A stretch of 63,983 nucleotides of DNA, filler included, from Reticulomyxa filosa (taxonomy: Eukaryota; Protista; Foraminifera), in the NCBI GenBank assembly GCA_000512085.1. It is 26 parts of 26 records of this genome, joined end to end, with 100 filler letters (N's around TTAATTAATTAA, not from the genome) between each part and the next. Parts side by side here need not be neighbours in the genome. Positions count along the whole stretch, not along the records: positions 48,608 to 51,640 come from ASPP01033821.1; positions 51,741 to 53,135 come from ASPP01045781.1; positions 53,236 to 55,019 come from ASPP01002174.1; positions 55,120 to 56,546 come from ASPP01021104.1; positions 56,647 to 58,457 come from ASPP01034402.1; positions 58,558 to 60,694 come from ASPP01035534.1; positions 60,795 to 62,773 come from ASPP01005073.1; 19 more parts are not named here. The stretch is one strand, 5' to 3'. Shown here in pieces: positions 48,508-61,444 of this stretch. A program made the position numbers and the translations under genes. The notes under the pieces were generated by a model. It was not told the origin of the DNA. It saw only the letters and a program-made list of their open reading frames with translations, and did not search any database. Numbering within the stretch: the first letter of the stretch is position 1; each line of letters opens with the position of its first letter.

Positions 48508-51328
48508 NNNNNNNNNNNNNNNNNNNNNNNNNNNNNNNNNNNNNNNNNNNNTTAATTAATTAANNNNNNNNNNNNNNNNNNNNNNNNNNNNNNNNNNNNN
48601 NNNNNNNAATGGCATCTCAATTTGATGCTCCACACAAACATACACATATAACCCAAAATGAACTAATTCACATAGAGACGGTCACATGTCATATCGTAGT
48701 TTTTTGCACATTCAAAGGAACAATCTTTTTATCGTCTATTCAACGCAAAGTAATTCAATAGCTCTTTTTCTTTGAGGGTGTCAACATGGACGATGTCTTG
48801 ATCTTTTTTTTCTTGAATATTCGTTGGCCGTGTTCACTAGGTACGTGTCAATTACATCTTTCACAAACAAAGTATCGTACAACCAGGTCTTCTTTGATCG
48901 TAATAACTCTGATTCTCTTTGTGTGCATTTCCATCTCAACCTATATTTTTTGCGCATACTTGAAGGATTAGGTCTCGTTTTGCTATGTGTCAGCAGCATT
49001 TTGTGTTGGGATAATATTCATTCAGGCTATTTTGTTTTATAGAGAAAAATAAAATATATCAACATACATTACCTAACATAAAATTTCAACACTTTGAAAA
49101 TACAAAAATTCAATGAAGATTGATTGACTGATTGACAGTATGCAAAGCCCACATATTGTAAATAATTGCATATTGATTCGTATTCTCTACTGGACACTTG
49201 ATACTTTCTTGTGGTAATTTGTAGTTGTTTTGAGAATTTTGGAGTATATCAAATCCCACAATAAAAATAAATTCTATCAAAGTAGAGATTGCAAAATATT
49301 TCAGAAAGGGCTGCATCCCCAGTCTTGTTGAGGCTCTGTTTCTGCTTTAAACCTCTGCAGAAGGTTTCAATACCACATGCTTTTCAAAAGTCTTCTTGTT
49401 TCTTTTGTATTATCAATGCATTCAATCATGGGATGGTTCTTGCAGGGCTATCTATTTCCGCAGAAATAATTCCTTCTCTATTTTAATTTGGTTCATTTGA
49501 ACTGGCCTTTGTTCTTCAACCGAGCTGCAGTATTGTCTCAATTCGAATTTCTTGAACGTGCCCCTCTTCTTCTTTTTCTTCTTCATTTGTGGTTCTATCA
49601 GTTTCACTTATGGTCTTTGCATATTTATAGAGAAAAAAACAACAAACGACAAATAATTGAAACTATTTACAAAGAAAGATAAAAATAATAGATATTGTTT
49701 AACTTGAATGACTTTGAGCAAATTTTTCTAATTTTCGATTTTCATAACATGATTCCGTGTTTTCACAAAAAATTAAGGCGCAGTTTGCAATTGAATACGT
49801 GTTACACGCTAACTTTACGTTGGATAATTTGTTTATAATCTCTAAAGCTTTCACTTGACTTAGTATTCCATTTGGATCGCCGTCTTGTTGTTTCAAATAT
49901 ATGTTCACAGGAAAAGATCTAAATAATAACAAACCAATCGAAGATAATGATAGAAGAAAGAGGAAAATATTCACTTCAACTGTTATATGAGCACATTTGG
50001 CCTTTTTGCACATGTTAACGCTAGCCGCGACACTTTTGTTACGCCGGAATTCCTTTCGATGGTGATGCTGGGCATGTGGAACCTGATGTTGAATCATTGC
50101 TTGGAAAATTGTTTGTTTGGATTAAAATCGATTTGCTTTCCCAAACAAAACAAGAATCGTGCACATCTTGGAGGTGGCGTTCAATTTGTAAACATATCCA
50201 GATTCTGCAGCAATTGAAATCCCAGATTACAAATTGAAGGTAATGATCAATCATTGTTTATACGCCCTCAGCAAGTCGTGAATATAATAGAGCTTATCTA
50301 TTTGTATTAACATTTGAAAAGTTGCATTTTTGTTCAATACACAGATATTCAAACTGTTGTCGTTGATATTTGTGTTGACTTTTGCAATGTCGCCGTCGGT
50401 TTCAGTGAAGATTTATATGTTAGGCGTAAGAAGATGTTGTGTGATATATTGTTGGTATTTCGTATACGTAAATTCAAATGGAATCTTCATTATCAGATTT
50501 TAGCAAACGGCAAAATACGTCCAGACGTTGGAGGGAGCCGGCGAAAGGGTGGGAAACAATGGAGCAATAGTTGGATTGAATGTGCATGATAAAAATAGTG
50601 GCGCTGTCGGCTGTGTTACAAGCAATAAAATCTCGTGCATTGCACAATAATCCATTTGAAAACATCTTCAGTGTATATGTCCATGTTTCTACAAAAGATC
50701 AACCTCGATTTGAAAGAGGAGATTGTCGTGGTCAAGTCCTTTCCAATGAAAGAATATAGGTACAAACACTCCAAATCCACTGTACAATCTTGGAGCAAAA
50801 CAATATAAATTTACGTGCTCGCCATATCCCACAAATTTAGAGACACGTTACCATAGAATACTGTTATCTCTTCTGCACCGGTCAAACGATTATAATTTTG
50901 AAAATGTCAACAACCACAAAAGAGATCGAGCTCATTAAATACTTTGGTGATTTTGTACTTTTGCAAATACGATTTTTGAAATTGTGGATGAATTCTGGTG
51001 ATTTGCATATTCGACAGGCGTACGCACTTCATGACCTCTGTCCGGATCATTTTCCTTTAGCCTGCTGTTAATGATATCTATCACCAAGTCCAATCTTTTT
51101 TGTTCGTGATCTTTTATTCTTCCGTCTTCAGCATCGTCGTAAATTGATTTGTTGTCATTATTGTTGTTGTTATTCTTTGCAATAATATTCAAATATATAA
51201 ACGATTGCCTTTAATCATTGACAATTTGTGCTTTGCTATTCTTGCAAAATATCTTGCAAATTTTCTTTTTTTCTTTAAATTGTTCAAATTCTGAATTTAT
51301 ATAAATACTCAGCTTGGATCAATTGCTC

Positions 51329-51625
51329 CTACCAAAATTTCTCTCTAATACAAGATAATTTATGCACGCTAATTAAAACGTTAATTGTTTGCCCAAAACA
51401 GCCAAGAAGTAGCCAGGATATTAGTTCGTAGATATAGTAAAATGAATATACAATCCTTCCAACAGTGAGAATGATTGCAAGGATAACAGTTCCATCATTA
51501 GATGTGTTATCGCTAATATTCACAAAGTATGCAATCCACAATATCAATAGATCCATTGGAATGTCTTCCAAATCATTTAGTACAATTCTTTACCACCGTT
51601 TTTCATCATCAAAGTTCAGTGTTAA
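51329..51625 (-). pseudogene. MAPEG-family (microsomal GST-like) C-terminal half with a premature stop
   Basis: DEKRW*RIVLNDLEDIP...LTVGRIVYSF matches MAPEG ERxxRxHxNDLENIP...xRIxHT. TAA at 51590-51592. Confidence 0.7.
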
Positions 51626-51740
51626 AATAAAGTATAAACANNNNNNNNNNNNNNNNNNNNNNNNNNNNNNNNNNNNNNNNNNNNTTAATTAATTAANNNN
51701 NNNNNNNNNNNNNNNNNNNNNNNNNNNNNNNNNNNNNNNN

Positions 51741-52284
51741 TGGACTTGTAAACGTTACAACTCAGATATTTGTTACAAGCAAGGTGATTGTTGATGAGCG
51801 ATTAAAACAATTTATTTATTTAATTCCATGGAATACAAAAATACATCATGATATTCCATTGCAATTTCAAGAACTTGAAGATAATGCAGAAGAATGTAGA
51901 AGACAAAGATTGTTTGATGAATCCGTTGCTTATTCGCAAAAATATGTGCAAATTGCAAGTGATAATTTTGAGTTTTACCATTATGTCGTCATAGGCTATC
52001 ATTTGCTTGGAATAGCCTACCATATCAAAGGAGAATATGAAAAAGCAGTTGAATACCATGAAAATGCGTTGGCAATAAGAAAAAAAATATTCGAAAATAC
52101 AAATATATTTAATGCCGATTTACATTGGAATTTGGGACTAATATTTATGATAGCTGAAAAGATAGAAATAGCAAACAAATGTTTTGAAGAAGCATGGAAG
52201 ATATATAGTATAGTGCTGGGGGAATGGAATATAGAGACATTGCGAGTAAAACAAAAGATGAAAATATTAACTACAAATCAATGA
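51741..52284 (+). CDS. TPR-repeat protein, 3' part
   Basis: YHLLGIAYHIKGEYEKAVEYHENALAIRKKIF and LHWNLGLIF...ANKCFEEAWKIY: kinesin-light-chain-type TPRs. Confidence 0.88.
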
Positions 52285-52529
52285 AAAAAGTAAAAGTACT
52301 GATAATATTTTCTCTTTTTTATTATTTTTTTCATTAATTATGAATGCTGTTTTCTTGTTAGCGTTTCATTCTTTTTTCTTTGACAAAATTTGTAAGTATC
52401 TTTTAAAAAAGTATAAAAGAACATTGCAAACCAACAGATTTGAAGAATCTGCTCTAACAAAACTACTTCAAAAGCAACAGCAAAAAATTTGTATTCATTT
52501 CTTGATCTCTAAAAAAAAAAGAAATTTTG

Positions 52530-53070
52530 TTGATTTATGTTATAACCTCCAAATTCGAATTTTACCATCAATAGAACCTGATGAATTGTATTACCATTTC
52601 GAGAACTATCCACACATTTCACATAATTAGAGTGCCCTTCCCGCGTTTGTACTTTCTTTCCTGATTTTACGTTCCACAATCGAACTGTATTATCGCTTGA
52701 ACACGACACAATTGTTTGGCCATCTGGAAAATATTTTACATCATTCACATGGCTTAAATGTCCTTTCAATACTGTCAATTCTATTCCTGTTTTAATGCTT
52801 CATATTCGAACTGTTTTATCCACCGAACAGGACACAATAAATTTATCGTTTGGAGAAAAATTTGAGCGCATTATATAATCAAAATGCCCTTTGAATTGTT
52901 TCAATATTTTATCTGATTCTACATTCCAGAGTTTAATTGTTTTATCAGTTGATGATGATATAATCATTTTACCATTTGGTGAAAATTGGTACTCAATACA
53001 GCTTTTGAATGTCCCAATATCTGTTTCATTCCAACCAGAGTGTACATCCCATAATCGTATTGTACTGCAG
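52530..53070 (-). pseudogene. WD40-repeat pseudogene (FSPDG/GH type)
   Basis: FSPNGKMIISSSTDKTIKLWNV, FKGH, LKGHLSHVNDVKYFPDGQTIVSCSSDNTVRLWNV. Stop and frameshifts. Confidence 0.9.
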
Positions 53071-53106
53071 TAGATTGCAAAAAAAACTGCCATACCTAAA
53101 TGGCAT

Positions 53107-53135
53107 TATATGAAGAGAATCGATTTTCTCCATGA
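53107..53135 (+). mobile_element. Solo TIR-like end, same family, running into the contig end
   Basis: TATATGAAGAGAATCGATTTTCTCCATGA is 28/29 identical to the 24842 copy. Identity begins exactly at TATATG. Confidence 0.7.
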
Positions 53136-53235
53136 NNNNNNNNNNNNNNNNNNNNNNNNNNNNNNNNNNNNNNNNNNNNTTAATTAATTAANNNNNNNNN
53201 NNNNNNNNNNNNNNNNNNNNNNNNNNNNNNNNNNN

Positions 53236-53395
53236 AGCAGATGTATTTGTATTGTTTTTTCAGAGTATGATACGAGTAACAGTCGTTGAGTTGATAACCT
53301 CCACAAACAAGGAGTTCATCCTTGAACAAAATACATGATGGAGTTGCGAATGGCTTGGGTAAAGTTTGAAAGATGTTGTTGATTTGAGTAGACAT
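53236..53395 (-). CDS. Kelch-repeat protein N-terminus
   Basis: MSTQINNIFQTLPKPFATPSCILFKDELLVCGGYQLNDCYSYHTLKKQYKYIC. Confidence 0.85.
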
Positions 53396-54079
53396 GTTAG
53401 ATGTACTTTTTTTAAAAAAATGTCCTAACAACCCCTTTTTTTTTTATGACAAATTGACTCGCTCAGGAACGATCGAATGTGTTCATTTTCAACAAATAAT
53501 TATATTTTGAGCTGTTTCATCGCGTGAATGATGATTTACAGAGTGATTGATTATTCCATCACTAAAAAATATTTATTTACTGTCGAATTTCCTTGTATTA
53601 TTTCTTTCTTTCTTACTAAACAAAATTACAACGGTAAAGAAACAAAAGTATTGGTAGAAGGTGAATTATTTTGTTGTACTGGAAGAAAAAAGAAAAAGGG
53701 AATTGATTATTGGAGTCAGGAAGGAGAAGATAAAATCAAACTCAACAGCTGAAATTTAAATGGCAAATGATTTCTTAGTGAAAGAAAAAGTGTATTAATT
53801 GAAAAACAAAAGCAAAAAAAAAATCTTTGAAAACGATTTTTTTGAATTTGAGTTATAGTTTCAGTACGTATTACTTTGTTCACTGCAAAAATATAATTTA
53901 AAATGTGTTTTTATGGAACTTATTCAATTAATGGATTCCTTTCACAGATGATCACAATCATTCAATTCATATTCGAAGATATAATGATATTTATCAAGGA
54001 GTGCGTGAGTGATTACTTATTCAATTTATTACAACTTATTATATTAAATCAGATAATGGAATGAAGAAAAAATAATAAT

Positions 54080-54577
54080 AAATATGAAATCTGTTTTGTT
54101 TTGATAAGTATTATTAATTGAATATGATGAAGATAATAACGCTCTTCAATTTCATCAATTATCATTTTGATGATATTACACATATGTGTATATTATTGGA
54201 GAATCGGATAGGCTAATGTTGAGCATTGCTTTGTAATTGACAAATGAAATTCATTTTAGTGTTTTTTAAACAAAAAATAGGAAAAAAACAACTGGAAAAT
54301 CAAAGAGATAATTGAAATATTTAAAACAATGTCAAATGAACAATTTAGAGCATGATTATTGAATGAATGTAAACGGAAACAATGATAAATTATATTGAAT
54401 TGATAATAAGTGCAAAATTGTTGATTTTTTTTTTTGGAAGAATAAAAAAAGGAATAAAAGAATAAATAAAGGAAAACATGCAAAATTAATATCAACAATC
54501 AAAATACAGTTTGTAATGCTTGACACTTGAATTTATGTTATGGTTCATTGAAAGGTCCCATTCGTATTTGGGGATAA
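54080..54577 (+). pseudogene. Mosaic of a Kelch remnant (~54080-54200) and a WD40 C-terminal remnant (~54520-54577)
   Basis: IEYDEDNNALQFHQL (Kelch family) and LNLCYGSLKGPIRIWG* (terminal motif of the WD40 family). Confidence 0.65.
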
Positions 54578-55119
54578 GTTACTTTTTATTGAATAAGAAA
54601 TGAAAATGTTTTTTGTTTGAAAAGTTGATTAAAAGAAAAATAATGTGATATTAAACTTGTTTAATTTGATTAAGTGCAAGTATTGAAAGATATGATTTTG
54701 TCTTACTTTGTTGTTTTCTTTTCTGTTTTGAAGAATACAAAATATTATTTAAAAAATTGAAATATTGAATCTTTTCAAAGACATTCAAGTCTTTTAATTT
54801 GAAATAAATATTTAGCTATTACAAATGTTCAAAACATAAACAAGTGAAATGATTGATATTTTTTTGGAATTATTTGCAATTATTTTAATACATTTAAAAT
54901 AAAAATAGAAATAAAAAACTTGAAAATATCAAACAATGAAGATGGAACCAGAAAAGATACAGAATATACAAAACTAAAAAAAAACAGCACTGATAAACAA
55001 ATCCAAACTCTCACATTTTNNNNNNNNNNNNNNNNNNNNNNNNNNNNNNNNNNNNNNNNNNNNTTAATTAATTAANNNNNNNNNNNNNNNNNNNNNNNNN
55101 NNNNNNNNNNNNNNNNNNN

Positions 55120-55153
<34 letters not shown>

Positions 55154-55156
<3 letters not shown>

Positions 55157-55444
55157 GAGTTTTTTGCAAAGCATCAAGACGCATCTTATACGAGAGATAA
55201 CGGTGAACGAAGCTATGTGACACTGTTGCTTTATTTGAACGAAGGGTTTGAAGGGGGACACACCACGCTACTCCATTTACAGGATGAGAGCAAAAACTTA
55301 CCCATTAAACCCACTCAAGGATCGGTGTTGTTGTTCGATCACTTCATTTGGCATGAAGGGTCTTTGTTGGAAAAAGGGGTCAAGTATTTAGTTCGTTCTG
55401 ATGTCATGTATAGCAAAGATAAAATTAAGGACGAAACAGCTTGA
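55154..55444 (+). CDS. 2OG-Fe(II) oxygenase (prolyl-4-hydroxylase-like), last exon
   Basis: FAKHQD (HxD)...TLLLYLNEGFEGG.T...P..GSVLLF...WHEG...GVKYLVRSDVMY. Confidence 0.92.
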
Positions 55445-56012
55445 TTTTGTTCTTTTTTTTTTTTTTTTTACTGCGATTTTAAGAAGGTGCTTAGTCTACC
55501 AGGCCATTAAACACGTAATCTTCCATTTTCAACTCCGAACATAAAAGTTTTATATAAAAAGCTTGTGTCAAAATTATTGCCTGCTTTTTTTTTTTTTTTT
55601 GAAAAAAAATAAGAATTAGAGGCTTGGCTGATTACCATAAAAATTACGAAAGTTGAATTTCACTCATACTGTTCAAATAATTTTTCATTACCTTTTCAAG
55701 ATTGAGCGCATAATGAGTTTGTGACAGGTGTAAAAGAAAGGGAACGAAAGCTTAATCAAATAAAGAAAAGAGTCCGAAATAAGCTTTTTTTTTATTTATT
55801 TTTTTTTAAAGATTGCAAATAAGTTTGAAAAAAAAAAAGTACAAGACGAACTGAAGAAAAGAAAGAAATTGTCGAAAGCGATTTACTCTTGTTTGAATAG
55901 ATAGATTTTTCTTTTTTTTTTTTTTTTTTAATTAGAAAGTGTTTGCCCTTGTTTCGGATTGACACTATTTTTCAAGCAAATATATTTTTGCGCAAAGTAC
56001 AAAGTAGGGTAA

Positions 56013-56477
56013 ATGTTCTTCCTAAATTTTTTCGGCAAAAAGAAAGACAAGAAGAAGGAGAATGGCAAAGGGGCCGATTCAACAGGGACACTGGCAACAG
56101 GCCACAACAAATCAGCAACGGAGCCAGCATTGTCGACGAACAGCATAAGCGGACAGACGAACCGCAAAAATTCTCTGAATTTTCCGAACAACGGCAAGAA
56201 TGGCAACAACAGCAATGGCCAGCATAGTGGTCACAACACGACGGAGGCCGACTCCAAAGGGAAAGCGAGGCCATTGGACCACGGCAAATACGGAGCGACG
56301 GACACGCAATGGTTGAAGTTGAGCGCGAAAGAGCCGGGACAGTACACAAAAGAAGACATGCTGTCGCACGGACTGCCGCCGTTGCGACAAGTCCAAGATC
56401 TCGAAATCAAAAAGCGGCTGCTTATTTGCAAATTGAGGCTGTGTTGTGTCGTCTACACTTTTGGTGTGGAGGAAGAG
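56013..56477 (+). CDS. PPP2R5: PP2A B56 (B') regulatory subunit, first exon
   Basis: Disordered N-terminus, then LPPLRQV...KRLLICKLRLCCVVYTF, matching B56 LPLLKDV...LFLKKLQQCCVIFDF. Confidence 0.75.
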
Positions 56478-56699
56478 GTATTACTTTTGGAGAAGGAGGG
56501 GGGGGGAGAGGGGAGGAGGGAGAGTTTTTTTTTATAAAAAAAAAAANNNNNNNNNNNNNNNNNNNNNNNNNNNNNNNNNNNNNNNNNNNNTTAATTAATT
56601 AANNNNNNNNNNNNNNNNNNNNNNNNNNNNNNNNNNNNNNNNNNNNATATATTTATATCATTTGTTTTATTAACAACAACAAAATAAACACATAAAATA

Positions 56700-57438
56700 C
56701 ATTGGTTGTAGATTAATCGCTGATCGATAACATTTCCACACATGTGATAATTGAATATTATTATATTGATAATACCACTTATCATTTTCTTTTTTGAATC
56801 CAATATATTGTAAATCTTTTTCCATACCTATTAATACTTGCCCAAAATCCGCACCTAAAGTATGACATTTTTTAGATAAATAGTTATATAAAGCTTGTTT
56901 GTGAATTTGACGATATTTGATATGTTTAGGATATTTCAAAATATTCCACAAAATATGCAAACACATTTCTCGATTTATTTTTAATTCATTTTCTTCTTCA
57001 GACCTATTACAATCATTTTTTATTTTATTCTGCAGTAATGTATACCTTTTATAAGCTAAACTCATTTAAGTTGGAAGTTGTGCATATCTCCAGTAATTTC
57101 ATACGAGTATCAATAAAAATTTGATTGCAATTTCTCCATGTTTGTGATATTGCTGTTTTTTCAAGCTGCGTACCAAAAGATTCAAATAAATTCATTAAAT
57201 ATTGTTGTTGTTGTAAAGTTTTGCTGTATTAAAATATATAATGCAATAATTGTCGAAAAAACATAATGATTATCTATGAAAATAAAATAAAATATGTAGA
57301 AATGTATTATTACGTGTTCTCTGTCAGCCAAGTTAAGACATCCTTTGTCTTGTCAACATTTTCATAACATAGCTTCCATGCCTTTAAGACAACCTCTTCA
57401 TTTATGTTGGGAAACGTTTGTTGAAGTTGTGCAAGCAT
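56700..57438 (-). CDS. CUE/UBA-like plus PUB-like domain protein, 5' exons
   Basis: MLAQLQQTFPNINEEVVLKAWKLCYENVDKT is CUE-like (FP motif). LHILWNILKYPKHIKYRQI...L..IGFK is PUB-like. Confidence 0.7.
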
Positions 57439-58557
57439 GATAATGATGATGTAAACTTCAAAGCAAACTCTTTTTTTTTTTGAAGGTTCAGAAACTTGCT
57501 TTAGAAATTTACAAAAAAATTCAGTTTAAAAGGTTAACAAAAATTAAAATTGATCACATTAGAAAATTTTTTTCCCAAACAAAAATGTCAATTTAGATCA
57601 ATTGTAATATGCATGACACGAGAATAGTGTTGTTGTCTAAGATGTTTATTTTGACGAACTGCAAAGATATGCGTTTCCAGAATTACAAGTGATTGTTTAA
57701 TCAACTAAAATTTTAGATTTATCGGGCTCGACAACGAATACATTAAATTGACCGTTGCATTTTTTAATCCCCTCTTATAACGCTTAAAAAATTTGGGAAA
57801 AAACATCAAAATAAAAACAACAACGAATTTTTATCCACTGGAAAGCCTTTAAAGACTTAAGTCAATATCAATCCAACCCATTGATGGATAAAAAACATGA
57901 ATGAGCCAACTTTGCAACTCATGAAAAAATTGATGAATAGATTTTACGTCAGCGTCAAATTGGGTATGATCAAAGTCAAAAAACTATTAATTGTGAAGAT
58001 GATAATGTGGAGCAACGGATACAAAATAATGAATGTATCAAATAGAATAAACAGTATGATTATTATAAAAATAAAAAAAGGAAAAAAAAGAACAAGCTTC
58101 GTTTTTAGAATTTGTAGAGTTTGCTGTAATATTACCAAAAGAAGAATTGAAAAATATTGTTGGTCGATGTAATCAAGCAAATAAAATAGGTTATTTTAGA
58201 AAAAATACCAAATAAAAGAAAATGTTGTTGATGTGATAATTATTTTGCATGTATTTCAACGTTATCTTCTTTAGAAAAATTGGATTTTGCTTCTTATTCT
58301 TTTCATTTTAGATATTTGAGAACAGCATATTGTTCAAAAGGAATTTGTATTAGATTTAAAACGGTGTTTTATTTGTATTATAAATATGAAAATATATTGA
58401 TTCTGCATTGTAAACATTATACAGTAGGTTGCAAAGAAAACTGAACGCCTAAAACGANNNNNNNNNNNNNNNNNNNNNNNNNNNNNNNNNNNNNNNNNNN
58501 NTTAATTAATTAANNNNNNNNNNNNNNNNNNNNNNNNNNNNNNNNNNNNNNNNNNNN

Positions 58558-60681
58558 TGGGAAAACAATCCACTGGCAAGTCTTACATGTTGAATCATTT
58601 ACTTGGATGTAAATTCGATATTTCTGGTGCTCGTTGCACAGATGGAGTTTGGCTTACTGCAAGGATTGTTGGAGATATTTTATACGTCATTTTAGACTTT
58701 GAGGGACTAGGGTCATTTGAACGATCTTCTCAAGAAGATGCTCTTTTGTCTGTATTCAATGCATCCATTTCAAATTGTACTATGTTCAGATGTGAAAATC
58801 ATTTCGATCAAGATATTGCCAGAATGTTTGAGAGGTTCCAAAAAGGAGTCCAATTTTTACGTGATGACAATGAAAAATTGTTCAAAGGCCGTTTGCTCAT
58901 TGTTGTTAAAGATATCGCAACTACAGACACTAAACAAGTCATGTCTGAATTTTCAAAAAAAATTACATCCTTTTGTCGTGAGAGCAAAGACAAAAATGGA
59001 AAATCAGAGTCATTTGTAATGCAAATGTACAAAGATTCAACAAACATTTACATTGAACCTTATCCTCCATTGATGCACGATTCTTTTTTCAAAAAGTTTT
59101 TGGTCTTGCAAAGACAGATTGAAAGTTTGCCAATAATTCATGGTGATGGTGGTGCTGCCTTCTTGAGACATATGAAAGCAATTATGGCAAGGTTAACGAT
59201 GAAAGATTGGAACTCAAATTTAAGTGAACAGATTGTGAAATCGACAGTGGAGAGAGTGCAACAATACACAGAATGTGTAATCAATTTTGGAACTTTGGCC
59301 ATCTCCAAAACATTTGAATCATTGGAACGCTTTAATGTCAATGAGGATATTGAAGTTGCGGGTTTGACAAAAAAAGAAAAAATTGATGTAAAAAATTCAG
59401 ATGTGATCAACTCTCTTTTGCAAAAACTGGAACATGTTTGCTCTCAAAGTAATGAGCTGTCAAATATAGTGGTGATTGAACAAATCAATCAATTAAAACA
59501 ATGGAAAAAAGGTTTTGAAAAGATATTGGACAATATTCCAAATGGTGGGTTGAATTTAGTCCATAACAACATTTTGAAATTTTTGCACAAAGAATTTGAG
59601 AGACAAATACCCAAATGCAAACGTGGTCATTCCACTCACAGACAATGGTTCATTGCATTTCAATTGTTTTTAAAATTGATTTGTTTGAGACGAGAACTGA
59701 TCTTAGAGAAATGGATTGCTAATGAATTGCATGGATTTGGATTTCAAACACTACGAGGAAATAATAATGCGCAAGAACAAAAAATTGACACAACTGAAAA
59801 ACGTGCAAAACGTAGTCAAGATGAAGTGATGACCAAATTTGTCAAACCTTTCATCAACACTGTACTTAATCAATTACAAGCAACAGAAACTTTACTTGTG
59901 ATGTGTGGAGCCAAATGTAAACATTGCTATTTCTTATGTCTGTTGCAACAATCGCATCAACAAAGTAGTGAAGTTGAACACAATTGTTTGGGATCGCATC
60001 AATGTGATCAAGTGTGTAGTCGTTGTCAACAAAGCGAAGCTGAGACCAAAGAAAATATTTTACCGTGTAAATTGCAATCGGGCCATGAAACGCTTCATGA
60101 TTGCCGTGAGAAAAATCATACGTGTGACAAGGATTGTTCATTGAAACAATATGGCAATTGCGATGGTAAATGTGGCTTGAAATTTAGTCACAGCAACGAA
60201 ATAGATTGTATGTGTAATAGTCTCATCCACTATTGCAATGAAAACTGTTCTTTGCCTGGATGTCCAAATAAATGTGAAATCAACTATTCCAAGGAACATA
60301 TAAGACATGAGTGTTCCGAAAAAAGATGCACAAAACATTGTGAAATACCTGAATGCGGTATTTAAAAAAACAAACACACACATGCATGCATATTTTTGTT
60401 TTGAATAAAAGTTAAAAATTTTGTTTGCAATGTAGAGGCAACATGCGATTGCAATGGAGGTCATTTCCATGACATGGATATAAAAGACAAAAAAAAAATT
60501 GAGAGTGGGATGATTCCATTCCATTGCTGTAATTCAGAAAGACATCCATGTTTGCATGAATGTCAAGAAAATGGAAATTGCAAAGTGGAGTACACGCGCG
60601 TGGTAAATGAAACGAAAATATTTAATCCAAAGACTGTCGGAGCGAAACCATTTGAATACGAGTCATTCATTGCCGCTAACG
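58558..60681 (+). CDS. GBP/atlastin/VLIG-type P-loop GTPase with Cys/His-rich repeats (internal fragment; exons <58558-60357, 60436-60681)
   Basis: G1 GKQSTGKS (58560-58583), G2 RCTDGVW, G3 LDFEGLGSFERS. Helical region, then many CxxxC...H.C repeats. Confidence 0.88.
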
Positions 60682-61444
60682 GTAAGAAATATAANNNNNN
60701 NNNNNNNNNNNNNNNNNNNNNNNNNNNNNNNNNNNNNNTTAATTAATTAANNNNNNNNNNNNNNNNNNNNNNNNNNNNNNNNNNNNNNNNNNNNTGGGTA
60801 TTTTACGCTTGCAGTTTTTTTTTCCAACTTACTGTAGATGCTGAAAGTAAGATAACCTTTGACCATGTCATGGACTTGGATGGTCCGAAAAGTCTGTTTG
60901 GATCAGACCAAAAAATCATATACTATTGCTCCTACGTCTACTTTCATATCTGGAAGGTCCAATAAAAAAAAAGAGGATTGACAGGTCTTTGTGTCAATTT
61001 GAATCTACGTGCACGAGTCGAAGCCAACACACGAACATATCTTTGAATTACCAAGCCAAAATAAGAAGAAGTGCAGGGACGTGTAATTTAATCTACCATC
61101 CATTTCTTTCTCTCTCTCTCTCCTCTCTTTTGAACGACACAAGAGCCTAACATATTGATTGTATTTTTTTAATTTTTTTTGCTTTGTTTATTCCAGTCAA
61201 TGTTATATCTTTGATGTTATTTCAGTTTATTTGTTCAAGTTTTTAAAAATCGAATATGTAACGTTGTCAAACAGTATTTTTGATCTTTGGGAATTGTTTA
61301 GAAAAAAGAGACAGAAGAGGTGCACAAGTATACCCCTTTTTTTTTTAATTTTAAAAAAAAAGGATCAAAGAGAAAGGGAGGGGAAGAATTACACCGTCAA
61401 TTCGAATCAGTAATTTTTCCCCCAAGAGTGAATTTCGGAACTAC

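Noticed and set aside
48608-51200. Series of short minus-strand ORFs with a faint RGS/TM-like look
   Set aside because: Too fragmented to assign; no motif I can support.
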